Positions 12,872 to 23,564 of a stretch of 64,000 bases of DNA are shown here, in pieces. The notes beneath the pieces are model-generated. The model searched no databases. It saw only the letters and a list, made by a program, of their open reading frames with translations, and was not told the origin of the DNA. The translations under genes were made by a program, and so were the position numbers. Every line of letters begins with the position of its first letter. Position 1 is the stretch's first letter. Source of the DNA: Octopus bimaculoides (Eukaryota); contig NC_069004.1 in the NCBI RefSeq assembly GCF_001194135.2, positions 2,169,273-2,233,272 of the forward strand, written 5' to 3'.

Positions 12872-13243
12872 NNNNNNNNNNNNNNNNNNNNNNNNNNNNN
12901 NNNNNNNNNNNNNNNNNNNNNNNNNNNNNNNNNNNNNNNNNNNNNNNNNNNNNNNNNNNNNNNNNNNNNNNNNNNNNNNNNNNNNNNNNNNNNNNNNNNN
13001 NNNNNNNNNNNNNNNNNNNNNNNNNNNNNNNNNNNNNNNNNNNNNNNNNNNNNNNNNNNNNNNNNNNNNNNNNNNNNNNNNNNNNNNNNNNNNNNNNNNN
13101 NNNNNNNNNNNNNNNNNNNNNNNNNNNNNNNNNNNNNNNNNNNNNNNNNNNNNNNNNNNNNNNNNNNNNNNNNNNNNNNNNNNNNNNNNNNNNNNNNNNN
13201 NNNNNNNNNNNNNNNNNNNNNNNNNNNNNNNNNNNNNNNNNNN
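12872..13243. other. Assembly gap probably containing the missing first half of Ig domain 1
   Basis: Exon 2 ends in phase 1 but the next visible exon starts in phase 2 in the middle of an Ig domain. A pyrimidine tract immediately precedes the 372 Ns. Confidence 0.65.
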
Positions 13244-13938
13244 ATAATTTTCAATTAAGTGAATTCTATAAAAGAATATTGTATAATGAATATTATGCAA
13301 TTTTTCTCATAAAAATCATGGTTAAAATTAGAAATATGTCTAATAAGGTCTGAAATTTTGAGGAAGTGGGTGGGCAATTACACCGATCCCAGTACGTGAC
13401 TGGGACTTATTTTATCAACCCTCTGATGATGAAGGGCTAAGTTGACCTCAGTGTCATTTGAACTCAAAACACAAAACCAAAAGAAATGCTTTGCAGTATT
13501 TCATCTGTCTTTACGTTCTGAGTTCAAATTCCATTGAGGTTGACTTTGCCTTTCAGGGTCAATAAATCATGTACCAGTTGCATACTGAGTGCGATCTTAT
13601 CGACTGGCCCCCTTCCCTCAAAATTTCAGGCCTTGTGCCTATAGTAGAAAGGATTATTAATAATAATAATGGTTTCAAATTTTGGCACATGGCCAGTGAT
13701 TTTGCAGGAGTGGGTAAGTCGATTACATCGACCCCTGTTCAATTGTGAGTTCAATTCCTGGCAGCATGTTGTATCCTTGAGCAAGACTTTATTTCACGTT
13801 GCTCCAGTCCTCCACTCAGCTGAAAAAAATGTTATACCAGTAATTTAATGGGCCCATCCTTGTTACATTGTGTCTCACTGAATCTCCCTGAGAACTATAT
13901 CGAGGGTACATGTGCCTGTAGAGTTCCTAACCATTTGC

Positions 13939-14145
13939 ATGAAGGGGTGCTGAAAAGTTCTTGGCTTTAGGTAAAAGAAAATTCCAGAGGATCAGTCAAT
14001 TATGATTTTATTCAACATCTTCCCCTCTCACACACTTATTGCTATGGTCCTTCATTTTATCTAAGCCCTGTAAAAAGCTCAGAAGGTTGGGACTCCAACC
14101 AGGCCTTTCATGATACCCTTAAAGCCAGGAACTTTTTAGTCCCCC
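13939..14145. mobile_element. Mariner-derived MITE
   Basis: Terminal inverted repeats ggggtgctgaaaagttcttggcttta and taaagccaggaactttttagtccccc. A second copy starts near 18350 and runs into the gap. Confidence 0.75.
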
Positions 14146-14213
14146 ACCCCACTTGTTACTATATACTCGTTCTTTCTTGTTTTAAGTTATTTTTTTTATT
14201 GTTGTTGATATAG

Positions 14214-14302
14214 TACCGAACAAGAAGGGAATTATTCATGTAGAGTACATAACAGTCGAAGAAATGTGTTATTGTCCACTTTGATCCCAATTTCAGTCTT
14301 TG
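14214..14302 (+). CDS. MALT1: MALT1-like exon (Ig1, C-terminal half)
   Basis: atatag| TEQEGNYSCRVHNSRRNVLLSTLIPISVF g|gtaagt; carries the Ig E-G-x-Y-x-C motif; phase 2 to 1. Confidence 0.88.
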
Positions 14303-14370
14303 GTAAGTATAAATTGCCTAATTTAGTAACTAATTTGGTTATATTTGCTTCTTTATTTTATACAGTGTCT

Positions 14371-14445
14371 ATGGCCTTGTTGGTTACTAGTTACAATGGC
14401 CTTGTTGGTTACTAGTTACAATGGCCTTGTTGGTTGCTAATCACA
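14371..14445 (+). repeat. 25-bp tandem repeat, 3 copies
   Basis: Unit atggccttgttggttactagttaca; the third copy is degenerate. Confidence 0.9.
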
Positions 14446-14484
14446 ATAGCATTATTGATAACTGGTCACAGTAGCCTTGTGAGA

Positions 14485-14880
14485 AAAAATCTTGAGAAGT
14501 ACTTGGAAAAAATAGGGGCTGCAATAAGGGTGGAGCACTTGCAGAAAACAGCACTGCTTGGAACCGCTCGAAAAATAAGGGATGTTATCTTAGTTCACTG
14601 GTGGTGAACAGCTGGCACCGTAGCACATCTCCAGCCTTAGAAGCTGTGCAAAGAGAATAAAATAATAATGAGAACATTAACAGGAATTCGTTGGAAGAAA
14701 TTGGGATTGACATGAGGGTAGAACATGCTCAGAAAACTACTTTATCAGGGACAGCCAGGATTTTGAGATTGGTCCTTGGGTGTTAAGTATTGTGGAAAGA
14801 AACCCTGTGAGACTTTTGACAACAGGTTGCTGTCTGCTCTCAAGAACTCTCGAGAAGTAAAATGGAAATAATAATAATTA
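14485..14880 (+). mobile_element. Two consecutive R4/Dong-like non-LTR retrotransposon 3' ends
   Basis: KNLEKYLEKIGAAIRVEHLQKTALLGTARKIRDVI and LEEIGIDMRVEHAQKTTLSGTARILRLVLGC*, each followed by a short 3' UTR and an (AAT)n tail. Confidence 0.7.
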
Positions 14881-15120
14881 TAGTATAGAGATATTATATT
14901 TTATCTTTAATCTTTTACTTGTTTCGGTCATTTGACTGCGACCATGCTGGGGCACCACCTTGAAGAATTTTAGTCAAATGAGTCAACTCCGGTCCTTTTT
15001 TTCACTTAAGCCTAGTACTTATTCCATTGATCTCTTTTGCTGAACTGCTATTGAAGAAAAATTTTATTTTTGTATTTCTGAAATGAATAAATTGAATTAA
15101 AACTATTTTTAATGTTTCAG

Positions 15121-15269
15121 CTTTCAAAATCACTCAGTTTTCTCCTTCTCAACTGCTACAAGAAGGAGATGTACTAAATTTATGGTGTAATGCCACAAAT
15201 ACTTGTTCACAGTTGACTTATAACTGGTTTAAGGATGGTCAACTGATTGCTACCACACAGGATTACAGG
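15121..15269 (+). CDS. MALT1: MALT1-like exon (Ig2, N-terminal half)
   Basis: tttcag| AFKITQFSPSQLLQEGDVLNLWCNATNTCSQLTYNWFKDGQLIATTQDYR |gtaagt; phase 1 to 0. Confidence 0.92.
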
Positions 15270-15301
15270 GTAAGTATAAAGGAATGTTACTGGAAGTTAT
15301 T

Positions 15302-15340
<39 letters not shown>

Positions 15341-15524
15341 TATGTAGACAATCTCCTCTGTTGAATCTCTTCCCCACAGCACATCTGCCTAACAACCCCT
15401 TCCCCTCCACCTGCCATTCTCCTTTCGCAGTCTTGCATAATTCCCCACCCACTCACTCTGTCCAATCTTTGGTCCCACTTATATTGCACCTTCCTGTAAT
15501 TTGAGCGTACTTCCCTTCAGTCTC

Positions 15525-15565
<41 letters not shown>

Positions 15566-15861
15566 TTTGATGATTTGCTTTCCTTGAGAAAACTCGTCAA
15601 GCCAAGTGAAATCGTAGTCATGGCCAGTGNNNNNNNNNNNNNNNNNNNNNNNNNNNNNNNNNNNNNNNNNNNNNNNNNNNNNNNNNNNNNNNNNNNNNNN
15701 NNNNNNCCTAATTGGCACCCACACTGGTGACGCATAAAAGGCACCCACTACACTCTTAGAGTGGTTGGTGTTAGGAAGCAATATTTTTTAGGGGACTCTT
15801 AGTGCTCATGCTATCATGTATTAATTAATTAATTAATATTTGATCTTTTTCTTTTGTTTAG

Positions 15862-15964
15862 AAAGAGAAAACTTCCATTCATGACAGCGGCATATATTGG
15901 TGTGAAGTTATTAGCAACCAAGGTTCAATCTCAAGTGAGAAAATAACCATAAATGTTTCAGCAG
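15862..15964 (+). CDS. MALT1: MALT1-like exon (Ig2, C-terminal half)
   Basis: gtttag| KEKTSIHDSGIYWCEVISNQGSISSEKITINVSA g|gtgaga; D-S-G-x-Y-x-C motif; phase 0 to 1. Confidence 0.92.
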
Positions 15965-16549
15965 GTGAGAATTTTAATATGCAGTATTCTCTTTTGTTTT
16001 TGTTTTTTTTATTAAATTATATTTGTTGTTATTTGATAACTTCTCTCTGAGTTCAAATTCTGCTGTGGTAGACTTTGCCTCCGAGTTCAAATTCTGAAAT
16101 TACTGGCCTTGTAACAAAATTTGAAACCAATATTTGTGTTATAAGCAAAATTTAGGAAGGCACATGGCCTAGCGGTTATGGTGTTGCTCTCAAAATTGCT
16201 AGGTGAGCAGATCAACACTCCCCTCGATTGAAAGGGGACTGGGAGAATGTGAAATGAAGTGAGATGGTTGTGATCTGTAAACAGTTTTGAGTAGGAACCA
16301 GAAAGAGAAGTATGAACACACAATATGTGCATGTGCACACTGAATTTGAAAAATGAAAGAGAAGAATAAAAATGCAATGCGCATGTGAAAATAAAATGAA
16401 AGAGGAGAATAAAACAAGTTATATGCTACATTTGACTTCATGATCATGTAGCTTTGCTACAATTTTCTTGTTTTACTATGAGCAAGATATTTAAATTTAA
16501 ATTCATAAAATTTTTTCATTTATTTTTTAAAACTCTATCATTGTGTCAG

Positions 16550-16681
16550 ATACATTGGAGATTGTAATACAACCCAAGTTCACAATGGTACTCTTGAATG
16601 GTTTTGCTTTATTCCTGTGTGAAGCAAAAGGTCCAGCAGAAATTCATTATCAATGGTATAAAGATGACACTATACTCCCAA
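16550..16681 (+). CDS. MALT1: MALT1-like exon (Ig3, N-terminal half)
   Basis: tgtcag| DTLEIVIQPKFTMVLLNGFALFLCEAKGPAEIHYQWYKDDTILP a|gtaaga; phase 1 to 1. Confidence 0.92.
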
Positions 16682-17895
16682 GTAAGATATTTTAAAAATT
16701 ATTCTCTTTTAAACAGTTTTTTTTTTAGCTTGCATTTCAATTATTGAAATATTTTCAAATTCTAGATGTGGCCCCGTATTTAGAAAAAGCAGTTTGATGG
16801 GGCTGGTTATGCGACACTGGTGTAGGTTACAGCTGTGAACTCACTTTATTTGCTGGGTCTTCTCAGTTACAGCATATCCCCAGAGGTCTCGGTCGTTTGT
16901 CATTACCTCTGTGAGGCCCAACGTTCAAAGGTAAAGTGGTTGACATTTGGAAGGGTATCCAGCTGTAAAAACTATGCCAAAACTGACCTTTACCTGCATG
17001 AGTACTGTGTAAAAAGCACTCAGTCCATTCCATCGAGTGGTTGGTGTTAAGAAGGGCATCTAGCTGTCCAGCTGTGCTTGAGGAGACCTATTGAGCGAAG
17101 TACATCAAAATCAAATGGAAATTGTAGTTGTGATCCCCGTGCCGGTGGCATGTAAAATGCACCATCCAAACGTGGCCGATGCCAGCACCACCTTGACTGG
17201 TTTTCATGCCGGTGGCACGTAAAAAGCACCAACTGATTGTGGTCGTTGCTAGCCTCCTCTGGCCCCTGTGCTGGTGGCACATAAAAAGCATCCACTACAC
17301 TCTCAGAGTATATGTATGTATGCGTAAATTGTGGGGTTTTTTTGGTAAAGGGTAAAAATGGATTTGCCTCATGCAAATCCATTTTTACCTCTGGGAAGAG
17401 GTGGGTTATAACATGAGTCTGGCCTCTATCCTTTGACTTGCTCAACACTGGAGGTCCTACATGAAACTTGCACACACTCCACTGGCATAGCTTTCCAGGT
17501 TCATTGAGGCTGATGAGCCACTACACTGTGACAAGAACTGAACCTTGTGGTGGACCCCAGTACATGACTGGTACTTTATTTACATGTGACATGTTGAAAA
17601 ACTTATGAGAAGGAAAGAAGGGGGATGAGTCGAACTGGGGTGCGGTGGGGATGAATCATAAGACCAATTAATGCAGTGATGGTGATGGTGGTGGTAGAGC
17701 AGTTAGGCCAGCTGGTTTAAAAAAAAAACCCCACAGACTTCAGTGGTTGGACAGCATGAAAGAGACAGGATTATAAAAATAATTAGTGGAATCCAAATCT
17801 GGAATTGAAGTAATTAGGGGTTGTAATTAATGAATATTCATGTATTAACAGCTGTATACAATTTACACAAATACTAATTCCATTTTCCTTTTTAG

Positions 17896-18057
17896 ATGAA
17901 AACAAAACAGAATTGAAAATTCATGTGGAGTCAGAATCTTTTAAAGGCATGTATTATTGTGTTGTGTCATGTCTCACTGCGACCCGCACATCGGATTTTG
18001 CTTATCTGCAAATTACGAAATCAGTTCCTGAAAATATTTCCAAAGAGGTATGCCAAG
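17896..18057 (+). CDS. MALT1: MALT1-like exon (Ig3, C-terminal half, plus linker)
   Basis: ttttag| NENKTELKIHVESESFKGMYYCVVSCLTATRTSDFAYLQITKSVPENISKEVCQ g|gtaagc; phase 1 to 1. Confidence 0.9.
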
Positions 18058-18239
18058 GTAAGCCATTTACAATGTTTTCTTTAAATCATATCAACATCAA
18101 TGTCATCATCATCATCATCATATCCACCATCATAACTGTTACCACCACTGTTGCCACTGCTTCCATCAGCCCTTCATTTCCCATCTTCCTTAAAGTCATG
18201 TCCATTCGGAGTTATTAATTTTCTTGAAAACCAGACAAG

Positions 18240-18337
18240 GGTTGGTGACAGGAAGAGCATCTGGTCATGGAAAATCCGCCACGAAAAATTCCAACTAACC
18301 CATGCATACATGGAAATGTGGACGTTAAAATGATGAT
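18240..18337 (+). mobile_element. SINE family C 3' fragment
   Basis: ggttggtgacaggaagagcatc...gtggacgttaaaatgatgat. Confidence 0.75.
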
Positions 18338-19006
18338 ATACACACACAAAGGGATGCTGAAAAGTTCCTGGCTTTGGATAAAAGAAAGTACAGGAGGATC
18401 AGTTAATTATAATTTTATTCAACCTATTCCCCTCTCAGATTCACACACTTATTGCAGTGGTCCTTCAGTTTTTCTAAGCCCTGTANNNNNNNNNNNNNNN
18501 NNNNNNNNNNNNNNNNNNNNNNNNNNNNNNNNNNNNNNNNNNNNNNNNNNNNNNNNNNNNNNNNNNNNNNNNNNNNNNNNNNNNNNNNNNNNNNNNNNNN
18601 NNNNNNNNNNNNNNNNNNNNNNNNNNNNNNNNNNNNNNNNNNNNNNNNNNNNNNNNNNNNNNNNNNNNNNNNNNNNNNNNNNNNNNNNNNNNNNNNNNNN
18701 NNNNNNTATATATATGTATATATATATATATATGTATGCATGTGTATATATTTGTGTGTCCAACCCATGCCAGCATGGAAAGCGGACGCTAAATGATGAT
18801 GATGATGATAATGTTGTAGCTTCAAAATTTTGAGGATGTGATTGTTTATTTTTAGATTATTATTGTAAGGTAGGTGTAAAAGTTTGAATTTGGTTAGCTT
18901 CACCATAAAACAGGAAGAATATTTTGGCTGGATGGAACCAGTTTCAATTGCTAAAGGGTTAAGAAGCTTTTCTATGTTTTTGTTTTTTCTTTTTTCTCCT
19001 TACCAG

Positions 19007-19394
19007 CCACAGACAAAATCGCTCTTCTAATTGGTAATGAAGACTACAGAAGCGAAAGGAAATTGAAAGCAACTTCAAAGGATGTGAAACTACTTTCAGG
19101 CATTTTCGAAAGACTTGGTTTCAAAGTTTTGTCCCTTTTGAACTTGACGCTGACAGAAATGAAAATGGCAGTTTACCATTTTGTCGAACTCCTCAACAAC
19201 GGTGTGTATGGCGTGTTCTACTATGCAGGACATGGTTTCGAAGTAAGTGGCGATCCTTACTCTTATCTGTTACCTGTCGACGCACCCACAGGTGCAGACA
19301 TAACCGCCTGTCTGCCTGCACAGAAAATTCACCAGTTGATGTTGGAGAAGAATCCAGCCTTGTGTTGTCTGATTCTTGACATTTGTCGAACCAT
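19007..19394 (+). CDS. MALT1: MALT1-like catalytic exon (caspase-like domain; His codon 19231-19233, Cys codon 19384-19386)
   Basis: ATDKIALLIGNEDY..KLKATSKDV..LGFKVLSLLNLTLTEM..GVYGVFYYAGHGFE..LLPVDAP..LILDICRT aligns with human MALT1 DKVALLIGN..YYAGHGYE..VPVDAP..LLDMCR. Donor at|gtgagt; phase 1 to 2. Confidence 0.97.
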
Positions 19395-19692
19395 GTGAGT
19401 AGAATTACATTCTCCTGTTTTTCTGTGTCTCTGCTTCATTGATTGTTTTCTGTAGGTTTACCGTCATCAGCAAGGTCATTGTCACCGTCATCACTACCAT
19501 CACCATCATCATCATCTTTACCTCCATCATCACCACCACCACCACCACCACCACCATCACCATTGAAACCATCATCATCACCATTACTACCACTCCCCTA
19601 TGATGCTGTCTTTCACTCTTTTTCATCATCATCATCATCATCATCATCAATTTTCCTAATTTATTGCTTCCCTCTTGTTACCTGTTTTTCAG

Positions 19693-19767
19693 TTGTGAAG
19701 AGGCTAAATACTACAGTCTACCATTAGAGATTAAACCTAATACCTCAAGTCTCTACATGTATTCAAC
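19693..19767 (+). CDS. MALT1: MALT1-like 75-nt exon (caspase-like domain)
   Basis: ttttcag| (I)CEEAKYYSLPLEIKPNTSSLYMYS(T) |gtaagt; phase 2 to 2. It fills the expected distance between the catalytic Cys and the AFE motif. Confidence 0.85.
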
Positions 19768-19787
19768 GTAAGTGTACTCTTCAAATC

Positions 19788-19885
19788 ATCATCATTTTTC
19801 TGTCCACTTTTTCATACTCGCATGGGTTGGATAGAATTTGTTGAGGCAAATTTTCTACAGCTGGATGCCCTTCCTGTCACCAACC
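19788..19885 (-). mobile_element. SINE family C 3' fragment
   Basis: Reverse complement is colinear with 18240-18337 (about 24 mismatches in 98 nt by eye). Confidence 0.75.
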
Positions 19886-20157
19886 CTCCCCTGTTTCCTA
19901 GTAAGGTAATATTCCCCCTTCTGGCCACATGTTTTTCCATAGAAAGTCACTACACAAATTATCAGTCATCCAAGGATGACTCGATTGTCCTCATCACTTT
20001 CATAGACGAAACATAATGTCTCTGCCTTTTTCTCTTTGCCAATATCACTTTCCTTCTGGCCATCAAGTGCCACTGACCTAAACTTTCTCTTGTTTTCTTG
20101 TGTAATTCATCTCATCAATATAAAATATTTAATACTCTGCCTTTCTTTGCATTTCAG

Positions 20158-20279
20158 CTCTCGAGGACAAAGTGCTTTTGAACCTTTGAATGGCAGAATG
20201 GGAAATTTTGTGTATGTCTTAAAAGACTATATCTACTCCGATGACACTGTGGAGACAATGTTCGGGAAAGTACGACGAG
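20158..20279 (+). CDS. MALT1: MALT1-like exon (caspase-like domain)
   Basis: tttcag| SRGQSAFEPLNGRMGNFVYVLKDYIYSDDTVETMFGKVRR g|gtaaga; compare human QGAEAFE..NGIFMKFLKDRL; phase 2 to 1. Confidence 0.93.
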
Positions 20280-20305
20280 GTAAGAGAGGACTTTTNNNNN
20301 NNNNN

Positions 20306-20379
<74 letters not shown>

Positions 20380-20551
20380 CATGTATATAAGCATAAATAA
20401 TGAGCTTTGTACATTTATTTGTGCATTATAGACTTACACTTGTTTCAGATAAATGTTTTGAGTGCATTCGTGGATCAGTTTACTCAATCGATTGAAAATA
20501 TAGTTGATGATTGTTGCAATACTATCATCACCAAAGTCAAAAAATCAACTC

Positions 20552-20608
<57 letters not shown>

Positions 20609-21663
20609 CAGATATGTATGTGTGTTTGTGTCTCCTTGACTTGACATCGTATGATAGTAGTAAAAGGATTGTCACTGTCATAGATCTTAATGTCATGTCT
20701 GGCCATGGGAAAATATTGGAAAGAAGTGAGGTTTGGCAACAAGAATGGTATCTAGTTGCAGAAAATGTGCCTCAATAAACTCCTTCCAACCCATGCATGC
20801 TTTGAAAAAAGAATGTTAAAATGAGGATGATGTTGGTAATGATGTATCTGTCTGTCTATATATATATATATTTATATATATTCTTTTACTTGTTTCAGTC
20901 ATTTGACTGTGGCCATGCTGGAACACCATTTGTAAATTAGGGATTGGTGTAGATAAAATCCAGACTACATATGTTTCATAGCTAGTGGACCCTTGAAAGT
21001 AGTAAATTATCTGAACGAAGGGTGGACTGCAAGCTACTCTTCAGGCCAAGGCTATCTGGAATATATAAAATTTACATTGAAGCTTGCAGATTACCCCTCG
21101 TTTGAATAATTTACTACTTCTGAGGTCCTGCCAGCTACGAAACATATGTAGTCTAGATTTTATCTACTCCATTCCCTAATTTTTTAATGTTTATTCGCAT
21201 ATACAACAACCCCTGTTGTTAGTCGTGAACTATAAAATTAACTATTTCCAGCTTATCGTACTTTGATACTGGAAAAATTCACAACCTTCTGCACCAATAA
21301 ACTGTCGTTGTTCCTGAACATTGTTTTTAATATCTTCTATGGATTACTCAAAGCTTACGAACTTCCTACATCTTGATCCTTGAGTCTTACCTTTACATAT
21401 ATATCTATCTGTCTGTCTATCTATCCATCCATCCATCCATCCATCTACATACATATACATATATACGTAATAGGCTTCCACACAGTTTTCATCTACTAAG
21501 TTTATTGACAAGATATTGGTTGGCCTGGGGCTAAAGTAGAAGACACTTCTGCAAGGTGCCAGGCAATGGGACTGAACCCAATACTATGTGGTTGTAAAAT
21601 GGGGTTGTTAACCATTAATCTTTTTTGTTTTTTAGATAATGCTGTTTTTTTCCTTTCTTTTAG

Positions 21664-21837
21664 CAATTGCCATCAACTCAAAGATACTGCAAGAACAGGG
21701 GAAGAGATGTGGGAACCAGAACCCAGAGTTATTCAGCAATTTAGCCAATGTGAACATATCATTAGCAGACCAAATCAACACAACCAACCACACGCAAGAA
21801 TATAATATACGTTCTGAGCTGTGGATGCAGGCAAATA
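21664..21837 (+). CDS. MALT1: MALT1-like exon (end of caspase-like domain and linker helix)
   Basis: ttttag| AIAINSKILQEQGKRCGNQNPELFSNLANVNISLADQINTTNHTQEYNIRSELWMQAN a|gtgagt; compare human KQALEIRS..LTDPI..RNLQWAKAH; phase 1 to 1. Confidence 0.92.
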
Positions 21838-22459
21838 GTGAGTTACTTCATGTGGCTTTTATTTCATGTGGCTGACATATGATTTAGGCAGAGAAGGAAG
21901 GAGAATGGGTTAGTAGGAGGTGATTGTAAAGGATTAAAGCCTCGAATTAAATCTCTCAGGTTGTCAGTGTGCCAGGTGAAATGCTTAGCGGTATTTCGTC
22001 TACCTTTATGTTTTGAGTTCAAATTTCGCCAAGGTTGACTTTGCCTTTCATCTTTTTGGTGTTGATAAATTAAGTACTAGTTGCATACTGGGGTCGATCT
22101 AATCGACTGGCCCCCTTGCCCCTAAATTTCGGGCCCTGTGCCTAGAGTAGAAAAGAACATTTTACTAAGTTGTGCTCTAATCAAGTTGCAAATCGAAGAC
22201 CAAAGACATTTTCCAATATATATGTGTGCAAACACACACACACACACACACATGTATATCATTATCATCATCATCATTTAGCATCCATTTTCCATGCTGG
22301 CATGGATTAGATGGTCTGATTGGAACTGGTAAGCTGGAGAGCTGTACCAGGTTCCAATCTGATTTTGGTATGGTTTCTACAGCTGGATGCCCTTCCTGAT
22401 GCCAACCACTCCAAGAGTGTGGTGGGTGCCTTTTACATGTTACCGTCACCGGCACTGTC

Positions 22460-22492
<33 letters not shown>

Positions 22493-22499
22493 TTTAGTT

Positions 22500-22532
<33 letters not shown>

Positions 22533-23035
22533 NNNNNNNNNNNNNNNNNNNNNNNNNNNNNNNNNNNNNNNNNNNNNNNNNNNNNNNNNNNNNNNNNNNN
22601 NNNNNNNNNNNNNNNNNNNNNNNNNNNNNNNNNNNNNNNNNNNNNNNNNNNNNNNNNNNNNNNNNNNNNNNNNNNNNNNNNNNNNNNNNNNNNNNNNNNN
22701 NNNNNNNNNNNNNNNNNNNNNNNNNNNNNNNNNNNNNNNNNNNNNNNNNNNNNNNNNNNNNNNNNNNNNNNNNNNNNNNNNNNNNNNNNNNNNNNNNNNN
22801 NNNNNNNNNNNNNNNNNNNNNNNNNNNNNNNNNNNNNNNNNNNNNNNNNNNNNNNNNNNNNNNNNNNNNNNNNNNNNNNNNNNNNNNNNNNNNNNNNNNN
22901 NNNNNNNNNNNNNNNNNNNNNNNNNNNNNNNNNNNNNNNNNNNNNNNNNNNNNNNNNNNNNNNNNNNNNNNNNNNNNNNNNNNNNNNNNNNNNNNNNNNN
23001 NNNNNNNNNNNNNNNNNNNNNNNNNNNNNNNNNNN

Positions 23036-23076
<41 letters not shown>

Positions 23077-23406
23077 GAATTTCTAGTTTTCGACTTGCAC
23101 ATCCACTGACAAAACTTTGATTGGCCAGAGGCTGTAGTAGAAAACTTGCTGAAGGTGTTGTGCTGTAGGATTCAATCTTAGACTGTATGCTTGTGAAATG
23201 TGGAGCTGGCCTGGGAATTGAATGCATGATCTCATGGTTGTCAGTGCAACATGCCTTACCACTGGCCCGGCATCTTCACATGCATGCACACACGAAAATG
23301 CATGTGTGTGTGTTAGTCAATAATAGGTTTCATTATATTTTCCCTCATGTTCTGTGTTGTGATTAGTTATAATTACAATATTTCTTTTGTCTGTGTTTGT
23401 CTCTAG

Positions 23407-23564
23407 GGTTGCCACGAATGACCTATGTCGATATCAAAGAATTTGGTGCCAAATTAAAAATTGAATTTTCTGCTCAATTTTCCAATGTGATGTCAATAAC
23501 CGTGACTATTGTGGATTCTGGAACTGTTCCAGATTGCTATGCTTGGATAGCAAACATACCATCA
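23407..23564 (+). CDS. MALT1: MALT1-like exon (C-terminal Ig-like domain)
   Basis: ctctag| RLPRMTYVDIKEFGAKLKIEFSAQFSNVMSITVTIVDSGTVPDCYAWIANIPS |gtaagt; compare human LGFAAEFSNVMII; phase 1 to 0. Confidence 0.93.

Noticed and set aside
16628-16645. PAEIHY as a TRAF6-binding motif
   Set aside because: It fits P-x-E-x-x-aromatic but lies in the Ig3 strand leading into the core YQWYK, so it is probably structural.
18048-18053. Alternative donor gtatgc 10 nt upstream of the chosen donor
   Set aside because: It is a weaker site and gives phase 0, which is incompatible with the phase-1 catalytic exon.
19405-19727. Poly-Met/Val and Pro/Ser-rich ORFs
   Set aside because: Translations of an intronic (CAT)/(CAC) microsatellite between two real exons.
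22320-23227. Long ORFs spanning N runs (also 12750-13300, 18267-18906, 30582-31364)
   Set aside because: Artefacts of assembly gaps translated as X.
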